A stretch of 63,350 nt of DNA, the filler included, from Reclinomonas americana ATCC 50394 (lineage: Eukaryota), in the NCBI GenBank assembly GCA_048213135.1. It is 41 parts of 41 records of this genome, joined end to end, with 100 filler letters (N's around TTAATTAATTAA, not from the genome) between each part and the next. Parts side by side here need not be neighbours in the genome. Positions count along the whole stretch, not along the records: positions 1 to 1,461 come from AFZH01025584.1; positions 1,562 to 3,018 come from AFZH01025585.1; positions 3,119 to 4,576 come from AFZH01025586.1; positions 4,677 to 6,134 come from AFZH01025587.1; positions 6,235 to 7,691 come from AFZH01025589.1; positions 7,792 to 9,249 come from AFZH01025590.1; positions 9,350 to 10,808 come from AFZH01025591.1; positions 10,909 to 12,364 come from AFZH01025592.1; 33 more parts are not named here. One strand, given 5' to 3'. The stretch's first letter is position 1, and each line of letters opens with the position of its first letter. Under the pieces are notes generated by a model. That model did no database searches. It was not told the DNA's origin and saw only the letters and a list, made by a program, of their open reading frames with translations. The translations under genes were made by a program, and so were the position numbers. Below, in pieces: positions 1 through 11,335 of the stretch.

Positions 1-72
<72 letters not shown>

Positions 73-90
73 ACACACACACACACACAC
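1..90. repeat. (CA)n microsatellite, representative of many (CA)n/(GA)n/(GAG)n tracts (e.g. 1340-1445, 3119-3195, 7596-7690, 20064-20130, 29321-29422, 32328-32443)
   Basis: Directly visible; the tracts usually sit at contig ends or inside introns. Confidence 0.98.
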
Positions 91-172
91 AAAGCCTACA
101 ATGTCCAGCACTCAGTCCAACAATCAATCAAATGCGACGACCCCGACCGGTGATCTCGCCCGCACCCACAAC

Positions 173-207
<35 letters not shown>

Positions 208-1337
208 AAGCGGCGGAGTGCGTTTGTGTGCATGTGTGTGTGTGAGAGAGAGAGAGAGAGCGAGCACAGATCATGATCAAACGCCGCTTTTGAGAACAGG
301 AGAGTGAGAGTGAGACAGACACACAGACAGACACACACACACACTTTCTCTCTCTCTCTCTCACACACACACCGCGCCTACAATGTCCAGCACCCAAACC
401 CAGTCCAACAACCAATCAAATGCGACGACCCCAAAAGCATTTCTCCTCTCCCTCTCCCTCCCTCCCTTCCCCCTCTCACACGCAACTCGCGCCATGCACC
501 AACACAATCCATCTCAACACATTCACCGTCGCCCTAAACAACGATCGGCAACTCCTTGCCGCACGAGCTCCGCACGCAGAACTTCCCGCCCGCGCATTCG
601 CCGCCTCCCACGCACTCGCCCCCAAAAACGCTAATGCCACCACCGCAATGAGCATGTAGAGTGCGGCGGAGAGGTAGAGCAGAAAGTTGACCGAGTCGCA
701 CGCTCCCCACGACATTGCGCGCACTTTGGTCGAGGAGAAACCCTTCTTTTTCTTGCGTGGTTTCCCCTTTCCCGGAGAGCGTATACGAGAGAAGCTGCTT
801 GCGACTTGTGAGTGAAGCAGTCGCCTCCGCTCACTGACTGCTGCGTTTGATTGATTGTCCTCCAGTCAATGCATGAACTTCGCGGAGCTTTTCTCTTTCC
901 TTTGTCAAGCGCTTGCCCCTCAGAAACGCTAATTCCACCGTCACAATGAGCAAAGTAGAGTGCGGTGGAGAGGTAGAGCAGAAAGTTGACTTGGTCGCAC
1001 GCTCCCCAAGAACGCACAAAAAAACATCATCTTTATCGCGTTTTTCTCCACCGTTTCACCGTTTCGTTTTCCCAATAGTGCGCACATAGGAGAAGCACCA
1101 TTCGGCAGAGGAGGCGAGCGCGTTGCGTCGTCTTGGCTGTTTTGACGGATTGTCCCGCAGTCAATGCATGAACGTCGCGGAACTTTTCAGTAGTCTCTCT
1201 TCTCGTGTGCGCGCAAATGATGCATGACAAGAGACTGCGCCTGTTGGCATGCACCACAGTGGCCTCACTGCTGCTCATGTGCACTCTGCTTGTGGAGGTG
1301 TGTTCGGAAAATCCATTGACATATGCGCACACATAGA

Positions 1338-1387
<50 letters not shown>

Positions 1388-1413
1388 GAGAGAGAGAGAG
1401 AGAGAGAGAGAAG

Positions 1414-1446
<33 letters not shown>

Positions 1447-1461
1447 GACGACGAACGAACG

Positions 1462-1561
1462 NNNNNNNNNNNNNNNNNNNNNNNNNNNNNNNNNNNNNNN
1501 NNNNNTTAATTAATTAANNNNNNNNNNNNNNNNNNNNNNNNNNNNNNNNNNNNNNNNNNNN
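1462..1561. other. Artificial contig spacer N44-TTAATTAATTAA-N44 (first of 40, recurring about every 1.55 kb; last at 61819-61918)
   Basis: Identical 100-nt block with stops in all six frames, repeated 40 times; composition and taxonomy switch across it. Confidence 0.99.
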
Positions 1562-2035
1562 AACGCCAATGGCGACCCCGTCCGCTTTGCGGACTACGGC
1601 CTGCCCATCATCGCCGACGACGTGCCGGATTTCGCCGGGCCGCTCGCCGGCATCCTCGCCGGGCTCGATTGGCTCGCCACGAATCGGCCGGAGACGGAAT
1701 GGCTGGTTAGCGTCGCCGCCGACACGCCCTTCATCCCGCGCGACCTGGTGGCGCGGCTGCATGCAGCGCGCGAAGAGGCCGGCGTGCCGCTCGCCTGTGC
1801 CGCTTCAGGTGGTCGGACCCATCCGGTGATCGGGCTCTGGCCGGTCTCTTTGCGCCAGGATCTGCGTCACGCACTCATGGTCGAAGACGAGCGCAAGGTC
1901 TCGCGCTGGGCGGCGCGCCATGGTGTGGCCATGGCCGAATGGCCGGCCGAGCCGGTCGATCCCTTCTTCAATGCCAACCAGCCGGACGAGCTCGCCGAAG
2001 CCGAGCGGCTCTATGCCATGCTCGGCAACGCCTGA
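1562..2035 (+). CDS. mobA: Molybdenum cofactor guanylyltransferase, 5'-truncated (Alphaproteobacteria-like)
   Basis: [37 protein letters not shown]...[11 protein letters not shown]...HPVIGLWP...[12 protein letters not shown], classic MobA motifs. Confidence 0.93.
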   Translation, partial: NANGDPVRFADYGLPIIADDVPDFAGPLAGILAGLDWLATNRPETEWLVSVAADTPFIPRDLVARLHAAREEAGVPLACAASGGRTHPVIGLWPVSLRQDLRHALMVEDERKVSRWAARHGVAMAEWPAEPVDPFFNANQPDELAEAERLYAMLGNA

Positions 2036-2062
2036 AGCCGAAGAGGTTGGCCGCCTCTCGCG

Positions 2063-2464
2063 TCAGCTCTCCAGCAAGGCTTTCAAGCGCGCGAGGTCGG
2101 CCGCCACCCATTCGGCGTCGCGCGCGAATTCGTCATCGGTCATCTCCGGGCGCCTGAACAGCGTGAACATCACCTCGCTGCCGCTGCCATTGGCGAGTGT
2201 CCGCATCGGATTGTGCATCGGCGCGCCATGGTCAGGGATCACGGCGTGATCGAGCACGCCATAGCGATTGGGTTCGCTGAACATCACCCGCATCGGCCCC
2301 ATCGGCGTCTTCGCATGATAGGTCATGCCTTCGACATGAACGAACGCGCCGCCGAGGCCCTCTGCCCATTTCGGGAAGTTCATGGGGTCGGCGAGGAAGC
2401 CGTAGACCTCCTCGACCGGCCGGTCGATTGCGATGCTGATATGGCGTGTCGGCAGGACGGGCAT
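2063..2464 (-). CDS. SRPBCC / polyketide cyclase-like family protein
   Basis: 133 aa; SIAIDRPVEEVYGFLADPMNFPKWA at the N-terminus and C-terminal helix DAEWVAADLARLKALLE; GGAGAGG RBS upstream. Confidence 0.85.
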   Translation of the reverse strand: MPVLPTRHISIAIDRPVEEVYGFLADPMNFPKWAEGLGGAFVHVEGMTYHAKTPMGPMRVMFSEPNRYGVLDHAVIPDHGAPMHNPMRTLANGSGSEVMFTLFRRPEMTDDEFARDAEWVAADLARLKALLES

Positions 2465-2499
2465 GATCGCCTCTCCGTCGTTTTCATCAATCGATATTA

Positions 2500-2514
2500 G
2501 AACATAACATGAAC
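2500..2514 (-). promoter_or_regulatory. Alphaproteobacterial-type LexA box (GTTC-N7-GTTC)
   Basis: + strand GAAC-ATAACAT-GAAC, about 36 nt upstream of the SRPBCC start codon and abutting a TAATAT -10-like hexamer on the minus strand. Confidence 0.7.
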
Positions 2515-2633
2515 AAAATTTCCTGTCATCGCGGATCGGTGATGGGTCGTGCGCGAGCCCGCCGCGGATCGATCAAGAATCCGCCGGCTTCGCCCGGCCT
2601 CTTTCCCGGCGGCGACGGATGAGGAGATTCGCG

Positions 2634-3018
2634 ATGGAGCACAGTATCGGCGTCGGCCTGACGGTTTTCGTGCAGCACGGACGGGAGCAGCAGGCCGCCG
2701 ACTTCTACAGCGAGGCCTTCGAAGCGCGGCAGCTCCGCAAGCACAGGGTCGATGGCGAGCTTGCCGGGGTCGAGATGCTCATCGGCGCAACGCGGGTGTC
2801 CGTCGCCGGCTCCAACCCGCGCCGCGAGGAGGAGCCGTCCTATGGCGGCCCATTCTTCCCCAAGGCGGCCGGCGCGGTCAGCACGATCATCCAGCTGACG
2901 GTGCCCGATATCGAGGCCTGCTTTGCACAGGCGATCGTGGCCGGGGCGGCGCTGCGCGACCGCGTCCAGACCGATGTCGAGGGGCGACGGGTCGCCTCGC
3001 TGTTCGATCCGTTCGGCC
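2634..3018 (+). CDS. VOC/glyoxalase (PhnB-like) family protein, 3'-truncated
   Basis: AADFYSEAFEA...IQLTVPDIEACFAQAIVAGA...GRRVASLFDPFG; GAGGAG RBS before ATG 2634. Confidence 0.85.
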
Positions 3019-3118
3019 NNNNNNNNNNNNNNNNNNNNNNNNNNNNNNNNNNNNNNNNNNNNTTAATTAATTAANNNNNNNNNNNNNNNNNNNNNNNNNN
3101 NNNNNNNNNNNNNNNNNN

Positions 3119-3197
<79 letters not shown>

Positions 3198-3222
3198 CAA
3201 GACATAGCCGCACAGCACGCAC

Positions 3223-4225
3223 CCTCGCCCTGAATCGGCTCAATCACAATCGCAGCCGTCTCCTCCGGCGGGCACCGCGTGTGCAAAATAAACTCCAACT
3301 GGTTGAGGCACATCTTGACCGTCTGCTCCTCGCTCATTCCCTGCTCCGTCTTGTAGCGGTACGTGTACGGGAACGGCGCAAAGTCAATGCCACCCGGCAA
3401 CTGACCAAACCGCTGGCGGTAATACAAGCGACTCAGCGTCATGGCCATGCCTGCATGCTCGGTGAGTGACACGGAACAAAACAACGTCAAGCACTCAATG
3501 CCCAGCGCAACTCATGTACAATCGTCCATGGAAAGCGCCCTCGTAGCAGATAATGTAGTTGCGCCCGGTGGCCGCACGTGCCAACTTGACAGCGTTCTCC
3601 ACGGCCTCAGAGCCCGAGTTGGCTACACAAGGCGGAGGTCAGTTGTGAAGAACAACAGTATGCAACGCAAAGGACGCAACTAAAGATGAGCGAGTCGAGC
3701 TTGCGCGGCACCAACGCCAGCAGCTTCTCCGTCAGCTTGAGCGTCGGCGCACCCAGGTAGCAGCTGGCCTGCGTCAGAAGCACCTGCGCAGCCTGATCCT
3801 GAATCGCCTTGACCACCGTCGGGTGGCAGTGACCCGTGCTCGTCACACCTGTGGCCCCGCCCCCGAGTGAGTCTCTTGTATGTGCATGTGTGTGTGTGTG
3901 TGTGTGTTTCTCTCTCACCAATGCCACTGGTGAAATCGAGATAGCCACGAGAGTCGCCACCGACAGTGTAGACGCGGCATCCGCTGCCCTTCTCCACCAC
4001 CAGTGTCTCTGCAAAGCGACCAATGGCGGGGCTCATGTTCTGCGCGAGGCGGTCGTAGGGCGCAGGAATGGGCGGCAACTGCGGGGCAGTCGACGCGGAG
4101 AACGCGCGACGAAGAGTCTGTGTGTGTGTGTGTGTGGAGAGAGGAGAGAGAGTGAGATGTCTGTGCATGTGAGGTGTGTGTGTGCGTGTGTGTGTGCGGA
4201 ATGCAACTGTGAGAAGTGGTCGCAT
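3223..4225 (-). CDS. Class III PLP aminotransferase (4-aminobutyrate aminotransferase-like), eukaryotic, multi-exon, 3'-truncated, with probable mitochondrial presequence
   Basis: Spliced (GT-AG) translation [16 protein letters not shown]...[24 protein letters not shown]...[17 protein letters not shown]...[12 protein letters not shown]...[12 protein letters not shown]. Confidence 0.88.
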
Positions 4226-4676
4226 TCCACGCGCGTGCTGCTGGTGTTTCGGGAGTGAATGCCTCCCGCTCTTTCGCGCGGATGAATATTCGAATAAGTG
4301 AATCGGAATTTGTAAGCGCGTCAAAGAAGAACTGCGATTTTAATAGCAACACACAGAGAGATGCAGGCACCACCGGGCGACACACATATTTCGTCGGGGG
4401 TTGATTAAGAGGGAAGACGATGTCGCTCCCTGGCGGGCCCGCGCATACACAACACATTGTACACACACACACACATATGAAGAGAGGGGAAGATAGAGAC
4501 GGAGAGCAACAACAGCAACGACCAAAACACTCACATAAGAACAACAAAAACAAAACAAACTCAGAACTGATTTCTTNNNNNNNNNNNNNNNNNNNNNNNN
4601 NNNNNNNNNNNNNNNNNNNNTTAATTAATTAANNNNNNNNNNNNNNNNNNNNNNNNNNNNNNNNNNNNNNNNNNNN

Positions 4677-4906
4677 TCGTTGCCCGTGCCGTAGCAGGCG
4701 ATGAGACCGAGATTGGGCAAGGCTTCGATCAGAGCGGCGTCCGTTTTCCAGCTGCCTATCGTCAGGAGCACCCGTGCCGCGGCCGCTCCGGCCGGCAGCG
4801 CGTCCGGCGCGGAATGTGTCATCGGCCCGAGCACTTCGTATCGCTCCTCCAGACGCGCGAGCAGGCGCGCCGGCATGCGTGGCGCCATCAGGATCGTCGG
4901 CTTCAT
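4677..4906 (-). CDS. D-2-hydroxyacid dehydrogenase family, N-terminal fragment (bacterial)
   Basis: MKPTILMAPRMPARLLARLEERYEV...DAALIEALPNLGLIACYGTG; GGAGG RBS. Confidence 0.8.
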
Positions 4907-5138
4907 GGCTGAAAGACCTCCGAGGGAATGTTGCATCGCAGCACTTGCCCGCGCTGGCTTCAACAACCCTGGGCGCCGGTCTGCCATATCGCGGATGCAA
5001 CCCGGAAACGCCGAGGAATCGCGGGAGTTTTCGCAGCTGCGCCTCTCGCCTGCGACAAAAAAGCCGGATATCGTTTCCGAAGGCGTAACGCTGAGTCCAG
5101 CGCGCCTACGAACCGATATGTCTTCAGAGGGGTACCCG

Positions 5139-5453
5139 ATGGATCATCTCGCCGACGTCAAGAAGTTCGCCAAGAAGCCGGTCAACGAGGCCGCCTTCGC
5201 CGGCATGAGCAAGGCCTATGCGCTGGTGATGAGCAAGCCCGATACGCGCTATGTCGCCTGCTCGGACCCCGCCGAACTCGAGCGTGTCCGCGAGAACTTC
5301 CTGAAGAAGAAACTCGGCCTGAAGAGCGCCGATCTCGATGCCTCCATCAAGGCGACCTGCGATCATATGAAGGCCGACAAGACCAAGTCGCGCCTGACCT
5401 TCTACTATCTGCTGGCCGAGCATTACGGCAAGCTCGACGCCTTCGTGAAGTAA
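5139..5453 (+). CDS. DUF2853 family protein (bacterial)
   Basis: VACSDPAELERVRENFLKKKLGL...KSRLTFYYLLAEHYGK matches the recalled family pattern. Confidence 0.8.
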   Translation: MDHLADVKKFAKKPVNEAAFAGMSKAYALVMSKPDTRYVACSDPAELERVRENFLKKKLGLKSADLDASIKATCDHMKADKTKSRLTFYYLLAEHYGKLDAFVK

Positions 5454-5475
5454 GCCTGAAGCCCGCTCCATACTG

Positions 5476-5498
5476 ATGGCGCCCCTCTTGGGCGCCAT
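5476..5498. terminator. Probable hairpin terminator between convergent genes
   Basis: ATGGCGCCC-CTCTT-GGGCGCCAT perfect 9-bp stem. Confidence 0.5.
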
Positions 5499-5617
5499 TC
5501 GTATTTCGAGGCCGAGCCATCGGCTGTACCTGGAACGGCCCGAGCATCAGATCCACATGGCCGTGCGGGCCGATTGCCCGAGATCGCGATCCTGCGCTGG
5601 GCTCGGCGCCGGGCAGT

Positions 5618-6134
5618 TCAACGCGCGAAGACCCGGTCGAGCGGCGGCAGGATGCGCAGGAGCTCGTCCTGCCGGTCCTGCAGGCTCGGCGGGAAGATCA
5701 GGCGCGTCCCCAGAGTCTCGCGGGTCTCGTCGATCAGGAAGCCCGGATCGTCCGTCGCGATCTCGATCAGGATGCCGTCCGGGCCGCGGAAATAGATCGA
5801 CCGGAAGTAATGCCGATCCTTGACCGGACTCGCGGCGATCCCGAAGGTGTCCTGCAGCTTACCGGCCATCGCGGCGAGATCGGCCTCGTCCCGGGCGCGG
5901 AATGCGACGTGATGGATCACGCCGGCCCCGAGCCTGGGGCGTGAGCGCTCGCGCCGCCGGTGCAGGCACAGTCGCCCCCCTGGGCCGCCATGCGCCGAGA
6001 AGATCAAGTGTTCGCCCGCGCTCGCGACTTCGGCGAAGCCCAGCACCTGCGTGAGGATCCGCGCCATCAGTTCGGTGCCGCGCAAGCTCAGGGTCACGCT
6101 ATGGAGTGCGCGGACAGCAAAGGCCTCGGGGAAT
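5618..6134 (-). CDS. Ring-cleaving dioxygenase-like VOC protein (MhqO-like), C-terminal half
   Basis: LHSVTL...GAGVIHHVAFRA...PVKDRHYFRSIYFRGPDGILIEIATDDPGFLIDE...LGTRLIFPP. Confidence 0.88.
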
Positions 6135-6234
6135 NNNNNNNNNNNNNNNNNNNNNNNNNNNNNNNNNNNNNNNNNNNNTTAATTAATTAANNNNNNNNNN
6201 NNNNNNNNNNNNNNNNNNNNNNNNNNNNNNNNNN

Positions 6235-7518
6235 ACTGCGTGCACACGAACGCCAATTGTATCACCGACGCTGACACGAGTTCCGGAGGCCAGATAGCGA
6301 CGGCCCGTCACGCCCGACACCACTCGACGGTGTCGCACGTCAAGCACAATGGCCTGCTCCTCGCCGACTCCAACGACATCCGACTGCACTCAACAAAGTG
6401 AGTCGTTGCAAAAACAAGGGCCATGGCGATGCGACTTACAAGAGCAGTCGCGCCTGCCACCACACCACAGTGCGCACCGAGGCCGGAGAGCAGGGTGACC
6501 TCGAAATATGCACTGCCTTCGGAGGCACCAGCGACCAGAGGCGGCTGCACCACACGGGAGTGAGCATCACTGCAAACTCGGCAAGGAGCGCGATACCTGT
6601 CATACCTGTAGCACCATGCAGCGGGGCAACAGCGAGTCGTTGCCCACAATCAGCAGTCCTTCGTCGTCCATGTACGCACACAGCCCACCGGTACTCAGCA
6701 TGTATGGCGGTGGCACTGCAACGGGACAAGCCAACGGTGAGCAATCCTCGCTCTCCCTTCATCGCGAACAGGCAAAACACACCTGCATCGCCGAGCAGCA
6801 AGCGCCGCCGGTTGACACACGTGTTGTGAAGCAGTCTATCCGTAGCGCTCCACTCGCTCGGGTCCTCGGCACAAAATTGATCCAGCGCCGCCTCTGCCTC
6901 GCGCAGAGCGTCGTCACCAACTGCATGACGAATCAGTGTCGAAGTGCGCACAGCCAGCAAGCTCACGCCACGCAACTGCACGCACTCGACTGCGCCTCAC
7001 TTTCGATGCGGCAGGCAAGAATCGCATACTGCAGTGCCGTGGCTGCTGCGAGGCGACATTGTGCCATCGGATCACTCAGCACGCATTCGACGGTCAGCAA
7101 CAGAAAGTCGGTGTGTTTCAGCAGCCGAATGCAAAGCTGAGGATCTGCGTAGCAGGTGAGACTTACGCGCGTGAGGGAAACCACAACACGGTACTCACGC
7201 ACCCATGAGCAGATGCGTCAGCAGGCGGTATCCGTTGACTCTATCCTCCGGGCTCTCCTCATTCAGGCACAGTCGGCCGAAACAATCGTCCCATCGTCCG
7301 CGCAGCGCTGCATCACGGATAGTGTGAGCAGCGAAAGAGAAAGCGACTCACAACTGCTGCTGCCTTCAACCTCTGTCCATACATCGATGCAGCGTCTCCT
7401 GCAGCAGGCGCAGCGCGGTCGCCCGCAATTGCCAGTCCTCGGTCTCCAGCAGGGCGATGACCAGGGCGGCGATGCCCTCACCGATGGTTATTTCGCTCAT
7501 GTGGGCAGGGGCTGCCAT
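6235..7518 (-). CDS. Eukaryotic multi-exon protein with a possible SPRY-like domain, partial
   Basis: Exon fragments SAYFEVTLLSG and RRYLASGTRVSVGDTIGVRV resemble SPRY motifs; exon structure not fully resolved. Confidence 0.35.
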
Positions 7519-7791
7519 GGTAGGGGAAGAGAGGAGGGTGGAGGAGGGAGGAGGGAGGGTAAGGGGGAGGAGGAAGGGAAGGGAAGGGAGGGAAGGGAGG
7601 AGGAGGAGGAGGAGGAGGAGGAGGAGGAGGAGGAGGAGGAGGAGGAGGAGGAGGAGGAGGAGGAGGAGGAGGAGGAGGAGGAGGAGGAGGANNNNNNNNN
7701 NNNNNNNNNNNNNNNNNNNNNNNNNNNNNNNNNNNTTAATTAATTAANNNNNNNNNNNNNNNNNNNNNNNNNNNNNNNNNNNNNNNNNNNN

Positions 7792-9174
7792 ATCATAGCA
7801 ATCGCAGTCGAGATGAAGATCGCCATCATCATCATCATCATGATCATCATCGTCGTCGCCATCGCAGTCACAGCAGTCGACATCGACGCGACGACGACAG
7901 TGACGCTCGACGTCGACATTACCACGATCATCATCATCATCATCGCAATCACAATCACAATCACAATCGCAATCACAATCGCCATCATCATCGCAGTCGC
8001 AGTCGAAGCAGTCGAAGCAGTAGCAGCAGTGGGAGCGATGGTCGTCTGGAATGGGAAGTGCCAGTCTCGTATGCCACTCCGCGCACGGCAGAGGCCGCGG
8101 CAGCAGTGTCGGCCGCTGTGCAGTCGCGGCCAGTGTCGACTGCGGCGGCCTTGTCGCCCGTGTCGGCAACGTCGGGTGGGCATCGCAGCAGCAAGCCGCG
8201 GAGGTATCGCTTGCCGGCGGCGTCGCCGTATGATCGGCGGCAGCATGCGCGCTTTGATGATGAGGAGGGACACTACAAGTATCGGTTGGGCGAGAGCTTG
8301 ACGCAGCGATGTTGCGTGTCGAACTGCTCTTGGCCGCCTGTGCTCGTTTGCTGGGATTGTCGACTTGTCTTCTGCTTCTCTCTCTCTCTCCGCCGCTGCT
8401 GTTGGCTTCACTTTTCTGTCTGCCACTCTGTCGCCCTCCCTTGCCTTGTCTTGCTTTGTGTCATTGTGCGCCTGCCTGCTGCTGCTGCTGCTGTCTCTGT
8501 ACTTGCACTTTTCGCGCTGACTGTTTCGCGCTGCCGGCGCTGTCTCTCGCCCTCTCGGCTTCTTGTCTCGTCCCCTCACTGTGTCTCTCTGTTTGTCTGT
8601 ATTCCTTCTGTGTTTCTCTCTCATGGATGCGCACATTCTCAATTCCTGTTTCCCGTCTCTCTCCTATCTCATACGTTGTTTATCTCTCTTGAACTCCTCT
8701 TTCCCAGTTTGTCTCTGCGGCTCTTTGCATGTTACTATTGTCTGTCCTATCCTCCTCCCTCCTCCTCCTTCCCCCTTCCTTCCCCTTCCCCCTTATCCCC
8801 CCTCTTTCCCCCTCCAACAGACAAGGTCCTCGGCTACATGGGCGAGGGCACCTTTGCGCGCGTGCTGGAATGCTTTGACCGACAGGCGCGTCGGTTGGTG
8901 GCGGTGAAGGTGGTGCGCTCGGTGCCCAAGTACACCGACAGCGCCGAAATCGAATGCTTCATCCTGCACCAACTGGAGCGTCTGCGTGGCGCGGGCAGGC
9001 AGCCGACGCACTGCGTGGAGCTCATTGACAATTTCATGTACCGCGGACACGCCTGCCTGGTGTACCCCAAGTACGGACCGTCACTGTACGACTTTTTGAA
9101 GAAGAACCACTTTCGGCCGTTTGCCTTGGGGCATGTGCGTGACATGTCGCGCTCGCTTCTCGAGGCCGTGGCCT
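7792..9174 (+). CDS. CLK/LAMMER-family dual-specificity kinase, partial; His/Arg/Ser-rich N-terminal region; intron 8311-8820
   Basis: DDEEGHYKYRLGESLTQR|YKVLGYMGEGTFARVLECFD...VAVKVVRSVPKYTDSAEIE...GPSLYDFLKKNHFRPF. Confidence 0.9.
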
Positions 9175-9429
9175 GTTGCGTTTTTTACTGCACATATATG
9201 TGTGTGCGTGCTCGTTTGCTCTCGAGTATGCTCACCCTCCCCGCCGCGTNNNNNNNNNNNNNNNNNNNNNNNNNNNNNNNNNNNNNNNNNNNNTTAATTA
9301 ATTAANNNNNNNNNNNNNNNNNNNNNNNNNNNNNNNNNNNNNNNNNNNNCGCGGAAGAATTTCACGCGCGAAGAAACGGACTGTAAGTCGACACGGATTT
9401 CTTGCACTGGAAGGAGCAGAAGGTAGAAA

Positions 9430-9783
9430 GGAGAAGGATAACATTGCGATTCATTCTTTCAGAACGCAAGCAGCAAGCAAAGTGACTCTCGACGTCCCTT
9501 CTGATCATGATTGTCCATTGTCTATTGTCCCTTCACTCAAACAATCAACATGCCGAAAGCAAAGAGGAAGAAGACACACGAGATGACCATTCTTCACTTG
9601 CAGAATGCAAGCAGCCAGCTAGCTACCTATTACCTATGCATTCATTGTCCCTTTCCCCAATAGTCCATTGTCCATTGTCCCTTCCATTACACAATCAACA
9701 TGCCGAAAGCAAAGAGGGAGAAGACACACGAGAAGGAGATAACATTGTAATGCATTCTTCACTTGCAGAACGCAAGCAGCAAG
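9430..9783. repeat. Degenerate tandem repeat, about 150-bp unit, about 2.3 copies
   Basis: ACAATCAACATGCCGAAAGCAAAGAGGRAGAAGACACACGAGA at about 9541 and 9691; CAGAAYGCAAGCAGC three times. Confidence 0.8.
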
Positions 9784-10466
9784 TCGTCATCAACTGTCAG
9801 TCAACGGCATTCCGACAAATATGGAAAGCAAAAATGGCGGGAAAAGCAGTCAGGAATGAGCAGCAATTGACAGGGCCTAGGGGGTGCAAGCTCACCTTTC
9901 ACCTGCAGGCATATAGAGTGCGCCGAGCAAGAGACAAACACAAATAGAGAACAACAGTCACGTGAGTACGCGCACATTAATCGAATTCGGAGGAAGAAAC
10001 TCGCATAGGTCGCGCAACTATTTCTTTCCTGTTGATGTGGCGCAAGGGAGAGGCAGGGAAGGAGTGAGTCAGCACCAACGCCATCCCAAATGAAACAGCC
10101 GGAGTACACCAACTCACAAGTTTGGAGATACTTCTTGGAAACAACCGCAAGCACGGATGCTCGCAGCTCGACAACGCGTGAGCGTCGCCGTGGAATTTAC
10201 GGTGTTCGATGTGGGAATGCACCAAGCCCGGCACTGCAAAGCAGAATGCACACACATTAACATTCATATCATTCCGGATCCGCGCACCGCTATGTTTAAC
10301 ACGTACTCACCAAGTGCCGATCAACGTGACAGACGCAACCGAAGCCGTCGCGAAGACCCAGGAAGGGTCGACGCAGGTCTCACATTCGGAATCCCGGGCC
10401 CCCGAGGAAACAGATCCAGATCGCACAGCAAGAGAGGAGAGACGTGCAGAAGAATGCAGAAAAACA

Positions 10467-10528
<62 letters not shown>

Positions 10529-10919
10529 GACGCTGCGTCACAACACTCGTCCGTGACCACCACTGATGGTCTCGCGAGAGCGAGCTGCGCTTGCGCGCAT
10601 CAGTGTGCGGACGTGTCTCTCTCAACAGGCAGATAAAAAAAACTGAGAACCTGAGAATTATGCGAACGAGAATATATGCATAGGTACAGAGGAATCGCTG
10701 CGATCGCCAGATCCTGTCTGTCACAGAGAATCGACACGACGCGACCAAGATTCCTCCGTCAGTGTTCCACACTTCCTGTTCTCACGTGCACCAGTTTTTT
10801 GTTGCAACNNNNNNNNNNNNNNNNNNNNNNNNNNNNNNNNNNNNNNNNNNNNTTAATTAATTAANNNNNNNNNNNNNNNNNNNNNNNNNNNNNNNNNNNN
10901 NNNNNNNNAGCCGTCTTGG

Positions 10920-11335
10920 CACCTTCCTCCTCCACTGCAGTAGTCCCATCGCTCAAGACAGAGACAGTTGCAATCGCGGACGGCGCACCGGCTTTCATTC
11001 AGTCTAGATATCGATCTTGGTGCAGTGCCATCGCTCAAGACAGAGACATTGACGGAAGAACAACGAGCTCGAGTAACACCGGCTTTCATTCAGTTGCCGT
11101 TTCCTCCACAGCAGTGGTCCAAGACAGAAACAGTTGCGATCGCCGAAGGAAGAACAACGAGCAACACCGGCTTTCGTTCAGTGGCTTGTCTTGGGTGTCT
11201 TCCTCCACCACAGCGGCAGTCCCATCGCTCAACACAGGGCCACGGACAGACGAACAACGAGTAACACCGGCTTTCATTCAGTTGCCGTTTCCTCCGCCTC
11301 CTCCTCCTTCTCCACTGTAGTAGTCCCATCGCTCT
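10920..11335. repeat. Degenerate tandem duplications overlapping the 3' end of the adjacent gene
   Basis: CACCGGCTTTCRTTCAGT four times (about 10986, 11077, 11165, 11265); GTCCCATCGCTC recurs. Confidence 0.75.

Noticed and set aside
1506..1517. Regularly spaced TTAATTAATTAA as a CRISPR-like or biological repeat
   Set aside because: Always embedded in N44 flanks; it is a six-frame-stop linker. ORF tails ending in X...LIN are artefacts
7740..8642. Long antisense or alternative-frame ORFs (also 15882-16829, 25539-26273, 43418-44134) and [18 protein letters not shown] ORFs
   Set aside because: Shadows of GC-rich coding strands, or translations of microsatellites
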